From Sulfurimonas sp. RIFOXYD12_FULL_33_39 (GTDB taxonomy: Bacteria; Campylobacterota; Campylobacteria; Campylobacterales; Sulfurimonadaceae), in the NCBI RefSeq assembly GCF_001829785.1, contig NZ_MICF01000010.1: DNA of 64,000 nucleotides; one strand, given 5' to 3'. The notes beneath the pieces were generated by a model. The model was not told the DNA's origin, searched no databases, and saw nothing but the letters and a program-made list of their open reading frames with translations. The position numbers and the translations under genes were made by a program. Positions 59,643 to 64,000 of the stretch are shown here, one piece after another (position 1 is the stretch's first letter; every line of letters starts with the position of its first letter).

Positions 59643-60848
59643 ATGAAAAAACCATATCTGGAATCTATGCCTGATGAGAAAGGCTTTTTTGGAAAGTTTG
59701 GAGGGGCTTTTATCCCACCTCAGCTTGAAGAGCCTTTTAGAGAAATAAACGAAGCTTATGACAAGCTCTCAAAATCGTTCGACTTTATAGATGAACTTAA
59801 AAAAATTAGAAAACATTATCAAGGAAGACCGACACCTATAACTTACTGTAAGAACTTGTCCAACTTTATCGGAGGCGGACAAATTTATCTTAAACGTGAA
59901 GACCTAAACCACACGGGTGCACATAAACTAAACCACTGTATGGCTGAAGGACTTTTAGCAAAACAGTTGGGCAAAAAGAAACTAATAGCAGAAACGGGTG
60001 CAGGTCAGCACGGTGTGGCACTTGCAACAGCCGCGGCATATTTTGGGCTGGAGTGTGAAATCCACATGGGAGAAGTTGATATTGCCAAAGAGCATCCAAA
60101 TGTCGTAAGAATGCAAATACTAGGTGCTAAAGTAGTTCCTGCTACTCACGGACTCAAAACTCTAAAAGAAGCAGTTGACAGCGCATTTGAAGCGTACCTT
60201 GCAGATACGGACAATCAGCTTTTTGCAATAGGCTCGGTAGTAGGTCCGCACCCTTTTCCAAAGATGGTGAGGGATTTTCAAAGCGTAGTGGGCATCGAAG
60301 CTAAAGAGCAGTTTTTAGAGATGACGGGCAAACTTCCTGATATGATAACGGCATGTGTTGGCGGCGGAAGTAACGCTATGGGAATTTTCAGCGCGTTTAT
60401 CGAAGATAGCGTAAAACTTTATGCGGTCGAGCCGGCAGGTAAAGGCTGTGAGCTGGGTGAGCATAGTGCAAGTCTGACTTACGGAAGCGAGGGAGTTATG
60501 CACGGGTTTAACTCTATCATGCTAAAAGACAAAGACGGTAACCCTGCACCTGTTCACTCAATTGGAAGCGGAATTGATTACCCTTCAGTCGGTCCCGAAC
60601 ATGCTTACTTAAACAGTATAGGAAGAACAAATATAGGACTTTGCAGTGATGATGAAGCTGTTGATGCTTTTTACAAACTCTCTCAACATGAAGGAATCAT
60701 CCCTGCCCTTGAATCTGCTCATGCGGTAGCATTTGCCATGAAGTACGCAAAAGAGAATCCAAAAGAGTCCATTTTAGTAAATCTAAGCGGCAGAGGCGAT
60801 AAAGATATAGACTATGTAATTGAGCACTATCCTATACCTAAAAAATAA
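59643..60848 (+). CDS. trpB: tryptophan synthase beta chain-like protein (TrpB2 type)
   Basis: 401 aa with the PLP lysine region [11 protein letters not shown] and the GGGSNAMG loop. It stands alone, without trpA. Confidence 0.9.
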   Translation: MKKPYLESMPDEKGFFGKFGGAFIPPQLEEPFREINEAYDKLSKSFDFIDELKKIRKHYQGRPTPITYCKNLSNFIGGGQIYLKREDLNHTGAHKLNHCMAEGLLAKQLGKKKLIAETGAGQHGVALATAAAYFGLECEIHMGEVDIAKEHPNVVRMQILGAKVVPATHGLKTLKEAVDSAFEAYLADTDNQLFAIGSVVGPHPFPKMVRDFQSVVGIEAKEQFLEMTGKLPDMITACVGGGSNAMGIFSAFIEDSVKLYAVEPAGKGCELGEHSASLTYGSEGVMHGFNSIMLKDKDGNPAPVHSIGSGIDYPSVGPEHAYLNSIGRTNIGLCSDDEAVDAFYKLSQHEGIIPALESAHAVAFAMKYAKENPKESILVNLSGRGDKDIDYVIEHYPIPKK

Positions 60849-60935
60849 ATTTATCTCATTTAAATTAACATTTTTTGTGTTCGTTTATTTAGTAAATATC
60901 AAGCTGTTTGATATATAATGTTTGTTGAATAAAGA

Positions 60936-60990
60936 GTTATCCGCTCGCTACGCGACCGGATAACGGGGGCGCGGGCTTAATACCCGTTAT
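60936..60990 (+). other. GC-rich element with two overlapping, mutually exclusive hairpins
   Basis: gttatccg...cggataac (60936-60964, with an inner tcgc/gcga stem) and ataacggg...cccgttat (60960-60990) share the cggataac segment. Confidence 0.4.
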
Positions 60991-61048
60991 GTATCCAGAT
61001 TAACTTTTGATACACTAGCAAACAAAGTAAAATTGGGGTAATTCCATA

Positions 61049-62719
61049 ATGATTAATTCAGAATATTATTTATTATTAGAGATAAATACGAATGCAACCC
61101 AAGATGAAATAAAAAAAGCATATCGTAAAAAAGCTCATGAATTACATCCTGATAAAAATAAAGATTTTGATACAACTGAACAATTTCAAAAATTAAATAA
61201 AGCCTATGAGACATTAAGCAATATAAACGTTGATGAAGAAATTAAAAAAACAACTCATGATAGAGGCTATTATCAAGATTTTGGTTTTGGATTCATCATA
61301 AAACACTATGATAAGAGAGAAGTTGATATTGAAAATTACAAAATAAATATTGAAAATTTATCTTGTAATTGTTCCGACTGGAACTATAATAGAAAACACT
61401 ATAATAAAAATGATATTAGAAGATTATGCCGACACATCATTGCATCATTTGATGTTTTAGAAGTTTATCCAAAATATGATTTTGAATATGAAGATTATTG
61501 TGTAAAAGATATAAAAGTACCTGATAGTTTAAAAATATTTAAAGATAAAATAATTTCATGCAGAGATAGCCGAGATGGTGTTGATTTATATTGGTTTAAT
61601 GAACTTATCATTTTAAATTCTTTTATTATTTATATTTCAAAACATAAAAAAGGTGTACACATTTTTTCAAAAAAATATCATAAATTGATGTTCATTAGAT
61701 TAGATTGTGAAGATATATCTAGAATTAATATTGATATTGAATCTAATTTTTATTCAAGCTATACAAGTTATTATGGGGAGTACAATAATAATCTTGCAAT
61801 AATTCATAAAAATAAATCATCTAAATATTTTTTTAATGATGAACTAAAAACTTTTTTTGAAGATAAATATTATGAATGCACCGATTTTTTGGCATTATTT
61901 GATATGAAAAAATATTGTAGTGAACTTGATGATGAACAATTAAAAATTAATAAGACATGGGAAGACGGTTACTTACTTGCTAACCAATTCGAATATTCTC
62001 TTCCATTTTTCATGAATAAAAATATTACTCATTTATCCAATAATACAATTCTTGGAAGAGCTGTAGAATTGAAAAATGCAGAAAAGAAAACTAATGTATT
62101 TTTATTGTATCAACAATATCAAAAGTATTTAAAATTACAAGATGAAAGTTTAAAACAGTATGGCACCACGCAAGAATTATTAAAATTAAGCAAAACTGAT
62201 ATTGATACGCGTAAATTCAATGCAACCTTAAAAGAAATTAATTTTATAACAAAAGTAAATCATATAAATCGTAACAATTGGATTGTTAAAGGTGCTGGAC
62301 TAGAATTTGGGATGAATTATATTAATAATGCATCACTTATGCACATTAAAATCCCAGATTGGTATAAAATTTCATATTATGATTATGAAACTTTATCATT
62401 GAAATATGAATATAGATATGGTTTGTTAAAAATGACAGATATTTTATGGAAAAAAAGTAAATTTAATGATTTATTAGAAATAATAAAAAAATATTTATTG
62501 ACACCTAAAATAAAAGAAAAAAACATTGAAAGAAGCACAAAAAAAGAAAGAGTAGTAAACTTTGAGCGTGAAGCTTGGCTTAAAGATGTTAAATGTCCAT
62601 TTTGTCAAGGAAAAAATATTCATAAAAAAGATATAAGACAAAGAAAAGGCTATCAAGTACAAAGGTATCAATGTAGAGATTGCGTTAAAATATTTCAAGA
62701 AAAAACAAAAGATGAATAA
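61049..62719 (+). CDS. J-domain protein with SWIM zinc finger and C-terminal IS1/IS1595-like zinc ribbon
   Basis: 556 aa with a J domain and HPD (YRKKAHELHPDKN, aa 33-35), a SWIM CxCxnCxH (C106, C108, C127, H129) and a C-terminal CPFCQG...YQCRDCVKIF. Confidence 0.8.
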   Translation: MINSEYYLLLEINTNATQDEIKKAYRKKAHELHPDKNKDFDTTEQFQKLNKAYETLSNINVDEEIKKTTHDRGYYQDFGFGFIIKHYDKREVDIENYKINIENLSCNCSDWNYNRKHYNKNDIRRLCRHIIASFDVLEVYPKYDFEYEDYCVKDIKVPDSLKIFKDKIISCRDSRDGVDLYWFNELIILNSFIIYISKHKKGVHIFSKKYHKLMFIRLDCEDISRINIDIESNFYSSYTSYYGEYNNNLAIIHKNKSSKYFFNDELKTFFEDKYYECTDFLALFDMKKYCSELDDEQLKINKTWEDGYLLANQFEYSLPFFMNKNITHLSNNTILGRAVELKNAEKKTNVFLLYQQYQKYLKLQDESLKQYGTTQELLKLSKTDIDTRKFNATLKEINFITKVNHINRNNWIVKGAGLEFGMNYINNASLMHIKIPDWYKISYYDYETLSLKYEYRYGLLKMTDILWKKSKFNDLLEIIKKYLLTPKIKEKNIERSTKKERVVNFEREAWLKDVKCPFCQGKNIHKKDIRQRKGYQVQRYQCRDCVKIFQEKTKDE

Positions 62720-63482
62720 ATTAGCAAAAACACATTTAAATAATGCTCTAGAGCAACTTAAAATCAATTCAATATCTACGGATAAATATGCTTGTTTAGA
62801 ACTAAGACAATGTTTAGAAGCATTAACATATCAAAAAATAAAAGCATATAAAGATAGAATTTCTGATTCTATAACCTCACAATGGCGACCTGCACAAGTA
62901 ATGACTATGCTAGAAGAGCTTGAACCTTGTTCGACAATTAATAAAAATATTGATATAAAATTTACAATGGATAATCATGAATTACATAAAAAGATTATTC
63001 AAAATGAGATTACATCAAGTTTTATAAAAAATTGCTATCATAAATTAGGTTCATATTTACATGTTCCCATTAAAGAAATAAACAATAAATCAGACTTACA
63101 TACTTATCTTGTAAAACTTACAGAAGAAATAAAACCATATTTAGATAATGAAGTTTATTCGACTATGGCTAAAGTAAACAAATTTAAATGTAGCGAAAAA
63201 GGATGTAACCAAGAGTTTATAAGAAATGCGGATAGCATAAAAGTTGGAGATATTATTAGCTGTTTTAATCCTAATTGTAAAGCAGAATATATCATAAAAG
63301 AAAAAAAAGAAAATGAATATATGACTAAACTTCATGAAGCAATTATTGAATGTAATTGTGGAAATGAAATGCATGTTGCTAGTTATAAATTGAAAAATGA
63401 TAAATATTTATATACATGTAAAGAATGTCAATCTAAATATGTGATAACAAAAGCCTATAAAATGGAAATAGACAATGAATAG
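62712..63482 (+). CDS. hypothetical protein with two C-terminal zinc-ribbon-like motifs
   Basis: 256 aa with a helical N-terminal half, then CSEKGC...CFNPNC and CNCGNE...CKECQ. 8-nt overlap (ATGAATAA) with the upstream gene. Confidence 0.6.
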   Translation: MNKLAKTHLNNALEQLKINSISTDKYACLELRQCLEALTYQKIKAYKDRISDSITSQWRPAQVMTMLEELEPCSTINKNIDIKFTMDNHELHKKIIQNEITSSFIKNCYHKLGSYLHVPIKEINNKSDLHTYLVKLTEEIKPYLDNEVYSTMAKVNKFKCSEKGCNQEFIRNADSIKVGDIISCFNPNCKAEYIIKEKKENEYMTKLHEAIIECNCGNEMHVASYKLKNDKYLYTCKECQSKYVITKAYKMEIDNE

Positions 63483-64000
63483 AAACCTAACAATAAGAAA
63501 CTCAACAGCAGAATTTTTAATTTTCACTACTACCAGTGGGCAAGATACTATAGAAGTAAGAGTTGAAGATGAAACAGTATGGCTTACTCAAAAACTTATA
63601 GCAAAACTTTTTGATGTACATGTAGCAACCATAAATGAACACCTAAAAAATATATTTAAAACCCATGAATTAGAGGAGAGTTCAGTTATTAGGAAATTCC
63701 TAATAACTGCCAGTGACGGTAAAAACTACAATACAAAACACTACAATTTAGAAGTCATCATTTCACTTGGATATAGAATAAACTCAAACAAAGCCACAGA
63801 ATTTAGAAGATGGGCAACTGAGGTTTTAAAAACATTTGCAACGCGTGGTTATGTACTAGATAATGAAAGATTAAAAAACGGTAGCTATTTAAATCCTCAG
63901 TACTATAAAGATTTAATATTAGAAATAAGAGACATAAGAGAGAGTGAGCGAAACTTTTATCAACAAATAACAGATATATATGCAACTGCTATGGATTATG
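63475..64000 (+). CDS. RhuM-family protein (5' part, runs off the window)
   Basis: An open frame from ATG 63475 to the window end, absent from the track because it has no stop. It translates to MNRNLTIRNSTAEFLIF...IEVRVEDETVWLTQKLIAKLF...ATEFRRWATEVLKTFATRGYVLDNERLK, which is RhuM-like. 8-nt overlap (ATGAATAG) with the upstream gene. Confidence 0.7.
   Translation, partial: MNRNLTIRNSTAEFLIFTTTSGQDTIEVRVEDETVWLTQKLIAKLFDVHVATINEHLKNIFKTHELEESSVIRKFLITASDGKNYNTKHYNLEVIISLGYRINSNKATEFRRWATEVLKTFATRGYVLDNERLKNGSYLNPQYYKDLILEIRDIRESERNFYQQITDIYATAMDY

Noticed and set aside
60960-60990. A tRNA or tRNA-fragment (T-arm-like cggg-loop-cccg) as an integration target.
   Set aside because: The 7-nt loop CTTAATA lacks the TTCRA T-loop consensus, and no acceptor or anticodon arms can be drawn around it.
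62590-62719. An IS1/IS1595-like zinc ribbon at the C-terminus of the J-domain protein as evidence for a transposase or IS element.
   Set aside because: Only the ~35-aa ribbon is present. There is no DDE or other catalytic domain, there are no terminal inverted repeats, and the ribbon is C-terminal rather than N-terminal.

Overview
This is a 64-kb low-GC bacterial chromosomal segment. Gene content (gatA, guaB, metY, metX, murC, mutS2, a short flagellin, many PAS/GGDEF/HD-GYP sensors) suggests Campylobacterota, possibly Sulfurimonas-like, but the taxon is inference only. Most of the window is housekeeping and signalling genes, interrupted by five accessory regions. (1) An ars cluster lies at 16.9-19.9 kb and includes an ArsC fused to a Cys-rich extra domain. 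(2) An ~11-kb defence island sits exactly at the 3' end of mutS2 (about 25.98-37.13 kb). It is a type I R-M operon (hsdM, hsdS, hsdR) split by a DUF1016-type PD-(D/E)xK gene, a Hachiman-like hamA/hamB pair and a class II Fic gene. All seven genes are co-oriented and mostly translationally coupled, and the island ends in a degenerate copy of the last ~39 nt of mutS2. (3) A pgaBCD-like operon lies divergent from a visibly GC-richer ~2,035-aa DUF4347/Ig-like/RTX/DUF4214 surface protein whose first codons contain a C9 homopolymer, a candidate phase switch. (4) A chemotaxis and c-di-GMP sensor cluster follows an XRE gene and a highly repeat-structured intergenic region. (5) At the right edge there is a very AT-rich cassette of three overlapping genes: a J-domain+SWIM+zinc-ribbon protein, a multi-zinc-ribbon protein and a RhuM-like protein. 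I cannot assign this cassette to any described system, and it is my best candidate for something new. A further oddity is a perfect 37-bp inverted repeat inside a flavoprotein gene. I recognised no rRNA, tRNA, CRISPR array, integrase or transposase. All family calls rest on motifs read by eye, with no searches run.
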